A stretch of DNA of 64,000 bases from positions 3,201 to 67,200 of the forward strand of contig JANPAR010000221.1 of NCBI GenBank assembly GCA_031430015.1, written 5' to 3'. Shown piece by piece: positions 45,438 through 53,392 of this stretch. The first letter of the stretch is position 1. Each line of letters opens with the position of its first letter. Position numbers and translations under genes: made by a program. The DNA is from Burkholderiales bacterium (GTDB lineage Bacteria > Pseudomonadota > Gammaproteobacteria > Burkholderiales > JAEUOS01). A model generated the notes under the pieces. That model ran no database searches and had not been told where the DNA came from. It saw only the letters and a list, made by a program, of their open reading frames with translations.

Positions 45438-45854
45438 TCAAATGCGCAGGCGCGCAGTGCTCGAATACAGCGGCGGGGCGCCGCCGTGATGGGTGGCGTT
45501 GGCCCGGAGAGCCTTTCCCACCAAAGGTTTCCTCGTGATGGCCAGATCCGCCAGGGGAATCAGCAGCACCGCCGCATCGGCCAGCGCATCCATGCTGGCA
45601 TCGGGGTGATCGAGGGTCTGGATTTCGCTCAGGCAATGGAATTTGCACAGGAGCAGCGCGGGGTCGGGCTGCTGTTCCAGATGTTCCTGGCAGTGTTTTT
45701 CCAGAGCGGATTCGACCAACACCACCTCGTGCGCCGCTGCCCGCACGGTTTGCGGCGCCTTGGCGTAGACGTGCATCGACACCATCGCATAGGCAGCGAT
45801 GAAGGCGCCCAGCAAAATCCGGGAAGCGCTTTGCAATGTCCTGGAACGAATCAT
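45438..45854 (-). CDS. small exported protein, CopL/CzcI-like
   Basis: ATG at 45854. Hydrophobic N-terminus RILLGAFIAAYAMVSMHVYA. HCQEH and CKFHC motifs. C-terminus GAPPLYSSTARLRI parallels that of the 32795-33175 product. Confidence 0.5.
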   Translation of the reverse strand: MIRSRTLQSASRILLGAFIAAYAMVSMHVYAKAPQTVRAAAHEVVLVESALEKHCQEHLEQQPDPALLLCKFHCLSEIQTLDHPDASMDALADAAVLLIPLADLAITRKPLVGKALRANATHHGGAPPLYSSTARLRI

Positions 45855-45921
45855 CGGAAAACTATAGGGCTTTTGAAAGACGTTTGCAATTACATCTTGG
45901 TAATGTGGGTGGGAATTCGCG

Positions 45922-46419
45922 TCAAACCTTGTGACAGGGCTTGCTGTTGTTTGGTTCCGCAGCCAGATCATCGAGGATGGGACAGTCCGGCCGGTCGTCG
46001 CCATGACATTGATGCGCCAACTGCTGCAGGGCCTGCTTCATGGCCTGCATTTCGGCGATTTTGACTTGCAGCTCATTGATGTGCTTTTGCGTCAGCGTTT
46101 TCACCTTGGCGCTGGAGCGGTGCCGGTCACCCCACAACGCGAGCAGGGCCTCGATCTCCTTGATCGAAAATCCGAGCATGCGAGCGCGCTTGACGAAGCG
46201 CAGCCGGTGCAGGTCGCTTGCGGCATAGGTGCGATAGCCCGATTCGGTGCGCCCGGCCGAGGGGATCAGGCCGATCGATTCGTAGTGGCGAATCATCTTT
46301 GCAGAGACGCCGGTGGCCGTGGCCGCGGCACCGATGTTGACAGCTCCACCGCTGGTACTGCTGCTTGCACTCTCCCTGATGGCCGCTGCGTTGCCGGTGT
46401 GCATGTGGATAGTCTTCAT
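45922..46419 (-). CDS. cueR: Cu(I)-responsive MerR-family regulator CueR
   Basis: HTH VNIGAAATATGVSAKMIRHYESIGLIP. C-terminal CHGDDRPDC (C-x7-C) is the CueR metal loop. The ATG at 46419 lies 22 nt after the copA stop. Confidence 0.9.
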   Translation of the reverse strand: MKTIHMHTGNAAAIRESASSSTSGGAVNIGAAATATGVSAKMIRHYESIGLIPSAGRTESGYRTYAASDLHRLRFVKRARMLGFSIKEIEALLALWGDRHRSSAKVKTLTQKHINELQVKIAEMQAMKQALQQLAHQCHGDDRPDCPILDDLAAEPNNSKPCHKV

Positions 46420-46441
46420 GACGCGCCCCTGACCTGCCGCA

Positions 46442-48673
46442 TCATTCCGGCTTCCAGTGCCGCAGCAACAGCGCATTGCTCACCACACTGACGCTGGAGA
46501 ACGCCATCGCGGCGCCGGCAATCACCGGGTTGAGCAAACCGAATGCGGCGAGCGGCACGCCGACCAGGTTGTAGATGAAGGCCCAAAACAAATTTTGGCG
46601 GATCTTCGAATAAGTGCGGCGTGAGATCGCGATGGCATCGGCCACTAACGCTGGGTCGCCACGCATCAGGGTGATGCCAGCCGCATGCATCGCGGCGTCG
46701 GTGCCGGTACCCATCGCAATGCCGACATCGGCGGCGGCAAGGGCGGGGGCGTCGTTGATGCCGTCGCCGACCATCGCGACTTTGCGCGGTGCGCCAGCGC
46801 GGGGTTGCTTGAGCGCAGCAATCACCTCGGCCTTGTCGCCCGGCAATACCTCGGCGCGCACCTCTTCGATGCCGAGATGGCGCGCGACGGACTGCGCGGC
46901 ACCCTGGTTGTCGCCCGACAGCAGTACGGTGTGGATGCCCTGCGCGTGCAGGCGCGCCACCGCGCGCGCGGCGGTGGGCTTGAGGGTGTCGCCAAATGCG
47001 AACAGGCCGAGGATGCGGGCTGGTTGCAACTCGATCAGCCACGAGACGCTGTTGCCTTGCGACTGCCATTGTTGCGCACGCGCACTAAGCTGCGTGAAGT
47101 CTGTGGTGCTGCCCGCTGTATCCGTGCTGCCGAGGCCGGCTTCCTCGACCAGACGCATGCTGCCCAGTTGCAGCACACGGCCTTCTACCTGCGCCTCGAC
47201 GCCGCGTCCTGGCAGCGCGCTGAAATTGGCTGCTGCCGAAGGCGCAACCCCGCGCTGCTGCGCGGCATCGCCCACGGCACGCGCCAAGGGATGTTCGCTG
47301 CCCGCTTGCAGGCTCGCTGCAAGGCGCAACAAGGCGGCTTCGTTGCCATCGACAGCATGGAGTCCGGTGACGGCGGGCCGTCCTTCGGTGAGGGTGCCGG
47401 TTTTGTCAAACGCCACCACGTTGATCGCGTGCGCGACTTCGAGAGCTTCGGCGTCCTTGATCAATATGCCGTAACGCGCTGCGGTGCCGGTGCCGGCCAT
47501 GATGGCAGTGGGCGTGGCGAGGCCGAGTGCGCAGGGGCAGGCAATCACCAGCACCGACACTGCGTTGATGACGGCGAGTTCCCAGTTGCCGGTCCAGCCG
47601 CCCCACGCCAGCAGCGTGACCAACGCAATGCCCATCACCACTGGCACGAACACGGCGCTGACCTGATCGACCAGCCGTTGGATCGGTGCTTTTTTCGCCT
47701 GCGCCGATTCGACGAGGCGAATGATGCGTGCCAGTGCGGTCTCGGCACCGATAGCGCTGGTGCGCACGTGAATCAGGCCTTCGCCATTGAGCGCACCACC
47801 GGTGACGCGCGCGCCGGTTTGCTTGGCCACCGGCAGGCTCTCGCCGGTAATCAGCGATTCATCCGCGTGCGTCGCGCCAAGGATGATGTCGCCATCGACT
47901 GCTATGCGCTCGCCGGGGCGCACCACCACCACGTCGCCCACCGTCACCTTGTCGAGTGCCAATTCGATTTCGACGCCGTCACGCAGCACGTTTGCGCTGG
48001 GTGCCTGCAGGGCCTGCAAGGCGCGAATCGCGCTGGTGGTTTGGCGGCGCGCGCGTACTTCGAGGTATTTGCCGAGCAGCACCAGCGTAATGACGACCGC
48101 CGAGCCTTCAAAGTACAAATGCGGCATCGCTTCCGGCGCCGAGCGCCACAGATAGACCGACAGGCCATAGGCTGCCGAGGTGCCGAGCGCCACCAGCAAA
48201 TCCATGTTGCCGGTGCCGGCACGCAGTGCGCCCCAGCCCGCGCGATAGAATCGTGCGCCCAGCCAAAACTGCACTGGCGTTGCCAATGCGAACTGCCACC
48301 ATGCGGGGAGCATCCAGTGTTTGCCAAACAGATCGCCCACCATCGGCAGCGCCAGCGGCAGCGAGAGCAACACACCGGCGATGACCGGCAGCCGGTCATG
48401 CCATTCATCTGCACGCGCGTGCGTGTCCCAGCGGCTGCCGCCTTGAGCGTTTTCGAAATACTCGGTAGCGTGATAGCCCGCGCGCACCACGGCGGCGATC
48501 AGGGCACTGGCCGCCGCGCCTGTGGCATTCGCCGCATGCACGGTCGCGCGTTCGGTGGCAAGATTGACCTCAGCCGATTCCACGCCCGGCACTGTCTTCA
48601 ATGCCTTCTCGACCCGCGCCACACACGAGGCGCAGGTCATGCCTTCAATCGACAATGTCAGGGTGGTGTCCAT
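46442..48673 (-). CDS. copA: Cu(I)-translocating P1B-type ATPase CopA
   Basis: N-terminal GMTCASC, TM CPC ([11 protein letters not shown]), [20 protein letters not shown] at 48673 is preferred over the upstream TTG at 48691. Confidence 0.95.
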   Translation of the reverse strand: MDTTLTLSIEGMTCASCVARVEKALKTVPGVESAEVNLATERATVHAANATGAAASALIAAVVRAGYHATEYFENAQGGSRWDTHARADEWHDRLPVIAGVLLSLPLALPMVGDLFGKHWMLPAWWQFALATPVQFWLGARFYRAGWGALRAGTGNMDLLVALGTSAAYGLSVYLWRSAPEAMPHLYFEGSAVVITLVLLGKYLEVRARRQTTSAIRALQALQAPSANVLRDGVEIELALDKVTVGDVVVVRPGERIAVDGDIILGATHADESLITGESLPVAKQTGARVTGGALNGEGLIHVRTSAIGAETALARIIRLVESAQAKKAPIQRLVDQVSAVFVPVVMGIALVTLLAWGGWTGNWELAVINAVSVLVIACPCALGLATPTAIMAGTGTAARYGILIKDAEALEVAHAINVVAFDKTGTLTEGRPAVTGLHAVDGNEAALLRLAASLQAGSEHPLARAVGDAAQQRGVAPSAAANFSALPGRGVEAQVEGRVLQLGSMRLVEEAGLGSTDTAGSTTDFTQLSARAQQWQSQGNSVSWLIELQPARILGLFAFGDTLKPTAARAVARLHAQGIHTVLLSGDNQGAAQSVARHLGIEEVRAEVLPGDKAEVIAALKQPRAGAPRKVAMVGDGINDAPALAAADVGIAMGTGTDAAMHAAGITLMRGDPALVADAIAISRRTYSKIRQNLFWAFIYNLVGVPLAAFGLLNPVIAGAAMAFSSVSVVSNALLLRHWKPE

Positions 48674-48714
48674 GTTGGCGCTACGGGGCAATGCTTGCTG
48701 AGGGAGTGGCGCAA

Positions 48715-48745
48715 AGCTTGAAGCTTCCCATCATGGGAAGGTCAA
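48715..48745 (-). promoter_or_regulatory. MerR/CueR-type promoter-operator for copA
   Basis: The minus strand reads TTGACC-TTCCCATGATGGGAAGCTT-CAAGCT, a 19-nt spacer containing the dyad CTTCCCAT-G-ATGGGAAG (palindrome at 48724-48740). Same architecture as E. coli PcopA as I recall it. The -10 is weak. Confidence 0.6.
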
Positions 48746-48805
48746 GCGGAATGCAAGGCGGAATGTAAAACGGAATGTAAGGCGGAATTTGAAGCAGAAC
48801 GTCAA
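48746..48805. repeat. 12-bp tandem array (x5, plus a degenerate sixth near 48814-48829)
   Basis: gcggaatgcaag / gcggaatgtaaa / acggaatgtaag / gcggaatttgaa / gcagaacgtcaa, read directly between the two divergent promoters. Confidence 0.9.
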
Positions 48806-48853
48806 GCAGTGTGGCGGAATGAATGTCAGCCCGTTTTGATATGGGTCAAACAC

Positions 48854-48884
48854 TTGACTCTGCCATTGTGGGAAGGTGCAGTAT
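48854..48884 (+). promoter_or_regulatory. second MerR-type (19-nt spacer) promoter, for copZ
   Basis: TTGACT (48854-48859), 19 nt (CTGCCATTGTGGGAAGGTG), then CAGTAT (48879-48884). The spacer holds an imperfect dyad related to the copA operator half-site GGGAAGG. Confidence 0.5.
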
Positions 48885-48953
48885 CCACCTGTTTTTCTAC
48901 CGATTGCATCTACTGCTGGTGCAATTTGACAACGCTTTCCAGATGAGCACGCC

Positions 48954-49154
48954 ATGATCCAGTTTCAAGTCAACGACATGACCTGCGGCCATTGTGCCGC
49001 CACCATCACCAAGGCGGTCAAAGCCGTCGATAGCGCTGCCGAGGTCAATATTGACCTTGCCACCCATCGCGTGCAGGTGGCGTCGCGCGCCGCGGCCGGC
49101 GTGGTGCAAGCCGCGATTCGCGAGGCAGGCTACAGCCCGCAGCCGGTGGATTGA
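48954..49154 (+). CDS. copZ: heavy-metal-associated (HMA) domain copper chaperone, CopZ-like
   Basis: 66 aa. MTCGHCAATITKAV CxxC motif; ferredoxin-like HMA length. Confidence 0.85.
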   Translation: MIQFQVNDMTCGHCAATITKAVKAVDSAAEVNIDLATHRVQVASRAAAGVVQAAIREAGYSPQPVD

Positions 49155-49199
49155 CACCGGTTTGCCGTGGCGCCTGGAAGCCGGCACCTCGCTCTACCG

Positions 49200-50330
49200 C
49201 TAGTGCCGGTGGGCAGCGCGCTTTCCGGCGCCATTGAACATCGCGTAGTGATCACGCAGCAGGTCGCGGCCAAACGATGCAGGCGGCACTGACTGGATAG
49301 TGCTGCTGGTTCTACCCGTGCCCGCCAGGTGCGCGCCAAAATCCTGCTCAAAATCGCGCCACACCGAGTGCAGGTGATTGCCGCCATCCTGTGACGCATC
49401 GAACTCGATCAAAAACTGCGCGCCCTGAATCCGGTAGTAGAAGCGCCCGCCGCGCTGAGTGGCTCCAGCCCAGGCGAAGTACAGCGTGTCCGCCGCGCCG
49501 GCTAGGGCACGCGCCAGCCGCGCGTCGCGCAATTCGGCGCTGAAAGTGCCGGCGAAGACGCCGATCAGTTGTTGCAGCAGCGCGCGTTGCGCCGGGGTCA
49601 TGCGGTCTGCACGCAGGCCCTCCGGCTTCAGCGGATCGAGTCTGGCCGGTGTGCCGCTCACGATGTCGCCGTAAAGGCGTGAATCGATCACCGCCTGGCC
49701 ACGCTGGGGGGCATCGAGTGCGTTCAGCAGGTCCCACGCGCGGTCTTCTTCCTCCTTGAGCACGCGCAGGCCACGCTTCGGACCGCTGGCGACGATGGCC
49801 GGTGTGGCACCGAGAAAGCTGGGCGCATCGAGCGCCACGCTGTCACCTGCCAGCGTGAAATTGAGCGACAGATGATGGCCTTCAAAGCGCCAGCTCCAGA
49901 GCGCCGCGCCGGGCGTGCCAAACAGCGCCACAGTGTAGCGATCCGGGTCGCGAAAGTCACCCTGCAGTTCGCGCAACACCAGTTCGAGTTCGATGATGTT
50001 GGTCACCTTCTCGCGTCCTGCCGCGGACAATGCCGCCGTGAGCAAGTCCTGCACTGCCGCGCGCTCGGCTGTGTTCATCTCGCCCAGTCTGAGGCCGGCG
50101 CGGTTGCCCGGCGTGTAGCGCCAGCGGGTGCGCTCGGGCGCATCGATGGCGAGCAGCGCACGCCGCGCGTTTGCGGCAGTCAAGGCGCGCACGAACACAC
50201 CGGCTGCCAGTGCCATGCGGGTGGCGCTGGCGCGCGTGGAGCCGGGCGTGGCAGCGCTCTGCGCGCCGGCCAAAGCCGGCAGTGCGTAAATGCTCAACAA
50301 AGCGTCGTGGAGAAAGTGGCGGCGGTGCAT
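49200..50330 (-). CDS. DUF3500-family protein with Tat-like signal
   Basis: MHRRHFLHDALL...ALAGA. WSWRFEGHHLSLNFT is the DUF3500 signature as I recall it. Confidence 0.8.
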   Translation of the reverse strand: MHRRHFLHDALLSIYALPALAGAQSAATPGSTRASATRMALAAGVFVRALTAANARRALLAIDAPERTRWRYTPGNRAGLRLGEMNTAERAAVQDLLTAALSAAGREKVTNIIELELVLRELQGDFRDPDRYTVALFGTPGAALWSWRFEGHHLSLNFTLAGDSVALDAPSFLGATPAIVASGPKRGLRVLKEEEDRAWDLLNALDAPQRGQAVIDSRLYGDIVSGTPARLDPLKPEGLRADRMTPAQRALLQQLIGVFAGTFSAELRDARLARALAGAADTLYFAWAGATQRGGRFYYRIQGAQFLIEFDASQDGGNHLHSVWRDFEQDFGAHLAGTGRTSSTIQSVPPASFGRDLLRDHYAMFNGAGKRAAHRH

Positions 50331-50436
50331 GCTCTATCGTGGCGCGATGGTGCGGGGCGGCTTGTTGCAGCGTGTTGCAGCGTATCGCAGTGGCGGAATC
50401 GAATCGCGGCGTATTCCGGCAGCCAAGCCCACCGGC

Positions 50437-51405
50437 CTACTCGGCTTTGATGTTCGCTTCCTTGATGATCTTGGCGTAGCGCGCGATCTCGTCGCGGATG
50501 TAGAGCGCAAAGGCCTCCGTACCGTCCCCTGACGCTTCGAACCCCTGCTCGCCGAGACGCTCCGCTGCCTGAGGCGAACGTACCGCCTTCGCCGCTTCGG
50601 CGGTGAGGCGTGCGATGATGTCGCGTGGCAGGCCTTGCGGTGCCCACAAGCCATACCACGACACCATCTCGAAACCCGGCAGGCCCGACTCGGCCACCGT
50701 CGGCACGGCCGGCATGAAGGGCACGCGCTTGCCGCTGGTGACAGCCAGCGCCTTCAACTTGCCGCCCTTGACCAGCGGATAGGAAGAGGGCAGCGGATCG
50801 ATCATCGCGCTCACCTGCCCGCCCATCAGGTCGGTGAGCGCCGGCCCCGCGCCCTTGTAGGGGACGATCAGCATGTCAGCGACGCCGGCCTGACGCTTGA
50901 TCGTCTCTTCCGACAGATGGCCCGCTGACCCCAAACCTGAGGTGGCGAACGAGTATTTTTTTCGATCTGCCTTGACCAGTGCAAGGAACTCGCGCAGGTT
51001 GGCGGCCGGCACACCCGGATGCGCGCTCACCAGCAGCGGCACCGAGCCAAGGTTGGATACGGGCGTGAAATCCTTCTGCACGTCATACGGCACGTTGGGC
51101 AGGAATAGCGGATTGGCCGCGAAGATCGAGGCTTGCACCAGCAGCGTGTAGCCGTCCGGTGCGGCCTTGGCGACCAGGTCGCTGCCGAGCACACCGTTGG
51201 CACCAGCGCGATTCTCGACCACGAACTGCTGGCCCATTTGTTCTGACAGGCGCTGCGCCACAAAGCGTGCGATCACATCGACACTGCCGCCAGGCGGATA
51301 GGGCACGATGATGCGCACCGGGCGCGCCGGGTATTGCGCATTGGCGGCGAACGTCAACGTCAGCGCAACGAGCACGAAAAAAACTTTGGTGAGTTGCTTC
51401 ATCAT
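50437..51405 (-). CDS. Bug-family (TctC-like) substrate-binding protein
   Basis: YPARPVRIIVPYPPGGSVDVIARFVAQRL...APDGYTLL...IVPYKGAGPA. Confidence 0.9.
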   Translation of the reverse strand: MMKQLTKVFFVLVALTLTFAANAQYPARPVRIIVPYPPGGSVDVIARFVAQRLSEQMGQQFVVENRAGANGVLGSDLVAKAAPDGYTLLVQASIFAANPLFLPNVPYDVQKDFTPVSNLGSVPLLVSAHPGVPAANLREFLALVKADRKKYSFATSGLGSAGHLSEETIKRQAGVADMLIVPYKGAGPALTDLMGGQVSAMIDPLPSSYPLVKGGKLKALAVTSGKRVPFMPAVPTVAESGLPGFEMVSWYGLWAPQGLPRDIIARLTAEAAKAVRSPQAAERLGEQGFEASGDGTEAFALYIRDEIARYAKIIKEANIKAE

Positions 51406-51417
51406 TTCTCCGGAATC

Positions 51418-51448
51418 AAAAAAGGCTGCCCGGAATGGAGCAGCCTTT
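51418..51448 (-). terminator. rho-independent-like hairpin between the DapA-family gene and the Bug gene
   Basis: The minus strand reads AAAGGCTGC-TCCATTCCGG-GCAGCCTTT followed by a TTTTTT-rich run. It ends about 10 nt before the Bug gene SD. Confidence 0.5.
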
Positions 51449-51539
51449 GCATGGCGTCGACTGCGAGGCTTCGATGGGATTGCCGCAATGGCCTTGAATC
51501 GATACGGTCCAGCGCCGCACCGTCAGCGCAACGCGCTTC

Positions 51540-52481
51540 TTAAGCCGCGCGCGCGAGTTTTGGCTCGACGGTGTAGCCGTACTTCTTGTCAAGGCCCAGT
51601 TCACGCACGATGCGAATCCCTTTTGCCAGTGCCTCGCCTTCGTAATTCTTGAGCGGCTTGCGCAACGCGCCGACTGGCAGGCCGACCGCGCGCATCAGGC
51701 TCTTGATCGCCACCGGGTTGATCGCCGAGTAGTTGTAGTGCAGCACCGGCAGCATGCGCAGGTAGGTTTCCTTGAACGCATCGGCCTGCGCGTAGCTTTT
51801 CCACGGCGTCGAGATCACCGCCATCTCGGCGGGGATGATGTTGCCACCCATGTTCGCGGTGCCGTGGCCGCCGAGCGACATGGTCGGCACCACCAGCCCT
51901 AAGTTGGGCGAGTCGCAACACATCACGGTGACATCGGGCTTGGCCGCGAGTATTTGCGCCACTTGGCCCACACGCGTGGTCGACTCCTTGTGGATCACGA
52001 TGTTCGGGTGCTTGAACAGGCGCAGCAAATGATCCCAATGCAGATCAGTTTTGATGCGCGGCGGGTTGTTGTAGATGCCCAGCGGCAGGTCGGTGGCGTC
52101 GGCCACTTCAACGTAGAACGCCTCGATGTCGTCTTCCGCGCCGCAGATGTAGGGCGGTGCCGCGATCACCGCGCCATCCCCGCCGCTGGCTTTCACCCAC
52201 TGAATGTTGTCGATCACCATGTCGGCGGTGTTGCCGGTGCAGCCGTAGAAAAAATGCATGCCGGCCGGCTTCATCTTCGCGGTCTCGACCACGAGGCGTT
52301 TCTTTTCTTCCGGCGTCAACAGCGATGGCTCGCCAGTGGAACCCATGAAGAGCATGGCCGAGGTGCCATGCTTGTGCTGAAAATCGATCAGGGTGCGGAA
52401 CGCGCCAAAGTCGATTTCGCCATTCTGGTTGAACGGTGTGACGCTTGCTACGAACGAGCCTTCAATGCGCAGTTTGGACAT
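51540..52481 (-). CDS. dihydrodipicolinate synthase/N-acetylneuraminate lyase-family (class I aldolase) protein
   Basis: Trimmed to the ATG at 52481. VASVTPFNQNGEIDFGAF...LFMGSTGEPSLLTPEEKKRLV is a DapA-family pattern. Confidence 0.85.
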   Translation of the reverse strand: MSKLRIEGSFVASVTPFNQNGEIDFGAFRTLIDFQHKHGTSAMLFMGSTGEPSLLTPEEKKRLVVETAKMKPAGMHFFYGCTGNTADMVIDNIQWVKASGGDGAVIAAPPYICGAEDDIEAFYVEVADATDLPLGIYNNPPRIKTDLHWDHLLRLFKHPNIVIHKESTTRVGQVAQILAAKPDVTVMCCDSPNLGLVVPTMSLGGHGTANMGGNIIPAEMAVISTPWKSYAQADAFKETYLRMLPVLHYNYSAINPVAIKSLMRAVGLPVGALRKPLKNYEGEALAKGIRIVRELGLDKKYGYTVEPKLARAA

Positions 52482-52560
52482 GGTGTGCTCCCGCAGAAAA
52501 TGGGTTGGGCGTAATGGAATTGTATCCCTGTGCGCCGCGCGGCGCTCTGGAGGGGTGGGA

Positions 52561-52610
52561 AATGCCACAAGTCAATCTCGCAAGAGGCGCTCCCACCAAC
52601 GCTTTCAGCG
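52561..52610 (+). repeat. long-form dispersed repeat copy
   Basis: AATGCCACAAG-TCAATCTCGC-AAGAGGCGCTCCCACCAACGCTTTCAGCGG. Confidence 0.65.
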
Positions 52611-52621
52611 GAACAGTACTT

Positions 52622-53206
52622 CTACTTTTCAAGCTGCCGCACTGCCCGCTCAAAGCGCTTGTCCGGCACCAGCCACATGAGTGCAACGGTGATATAGAGT
52701 GCTCCGGCGATCCAGGTACTGACGAACGCGCAGGGGATCGCGATCAAATAGGCGGTCAGAGAGGCGTGGCCTTTGATGTCGGCTCCGAGTGCCTTGGCCA
52801 GTGGCGAGTTTTCACCTTGCGCAGCGATGATGGCCAACTGCAGAATCAGGAACCCGACCCCCGCCATCAACAGCACAAAACCGTACAGCGCAACCGGCAG
52901 TGCGGCAAAGTGGTTCTCCCCCATCCAGCCGGTGACGAACGGCACCAGCGAGAGCCAGAACAGCAAATGCAGATTGGCCCACAAAATGCCGCCGCTGACC
53001 TTGTGCACCAGATGCAGCATGTGGTGATGGTTGTTCCAGTAAATGGCGACGTAGACGAAGCTGAGCACGTAGCTCAGAAACACTGGAGCCAGTTTGACCA
53101 GGCCATCGAACGACGGGTCGTGCGGCACCTTGAGTTCGAGCACCATGATCGTGATGATGATGGCGATCACACCATCGCTGAAGGCTTCGAGTCTGCTTTT
53201 GCCCAT
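52622..53206 (-). CDS. TMEM175-family (DUF1211) potassium channel-like membrane protein
   Basis: RLEAFSDGVIAIIITIMVLEL (RxxxFSD signature helix). Six hydrophobic segments. Confidence 0.85.
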   Translation of the reverse strand: MGKSRLEAFSDGVIAIIITIMVLELKVPHDPSFDGLVKLAPVFLSYVLSFVYVAIYWNNHHHMLHLVHKVSGGILWANLHLLFWLSLVPFVTGWMGENHFAALPVALYGFVLLMAGVGFLILQLAIIAAQGENSPLAKALGADIKGHASLTAYLIAIPCAFVSTWIAGALYITVALMWLVPDKRFERAVRQLEK

Positions 53207-53392
53207 GATGATTTGCCGGAAGAAAAAAGAGAGAAGCGCTGATGTAAAAAGAAGGGGACAGAGCGCTGCGCGGTCTGTCCCCTGACAATATGGCCATGCA
53301 GCGAAACGAGAAGTGGATTTGCGTTCGCGCCGGCCAGGCTAGACCGGTGTCTTGGCCGCTTCTACTTGGCGCTTATGCCATGCGCATTTCGT

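Noticed and set aside
45511-45535. A further dispersed-repeat copy (CTTTCCCACCAAAGGTTTCC) inside the copL-like ORF
   Set aside because: It is a weaker match and lies within an ORF whose downstream C-terminal motif (...RLRI) is shared with a paralogue, so the ORF probably reads through it. It may be chance similarity, so it was not counted.
46685-48721. 678-aa plus-strand ORF across copA
   Set aside because: It is antisense to a P-type ATPase with all signature motifs, and no motif is visible in the antisense product.
48731-48955. 74-aa minus-strand ORF ending in ...LTFCFKFRLTFRFTFRLAFRLTFP
   Set aside because: The periodic peptide is simply the translation of the 12-bp DNA tandem array in the copA/copZ intergenic region. 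There is no SD, and the ORF overlaps both promoters.
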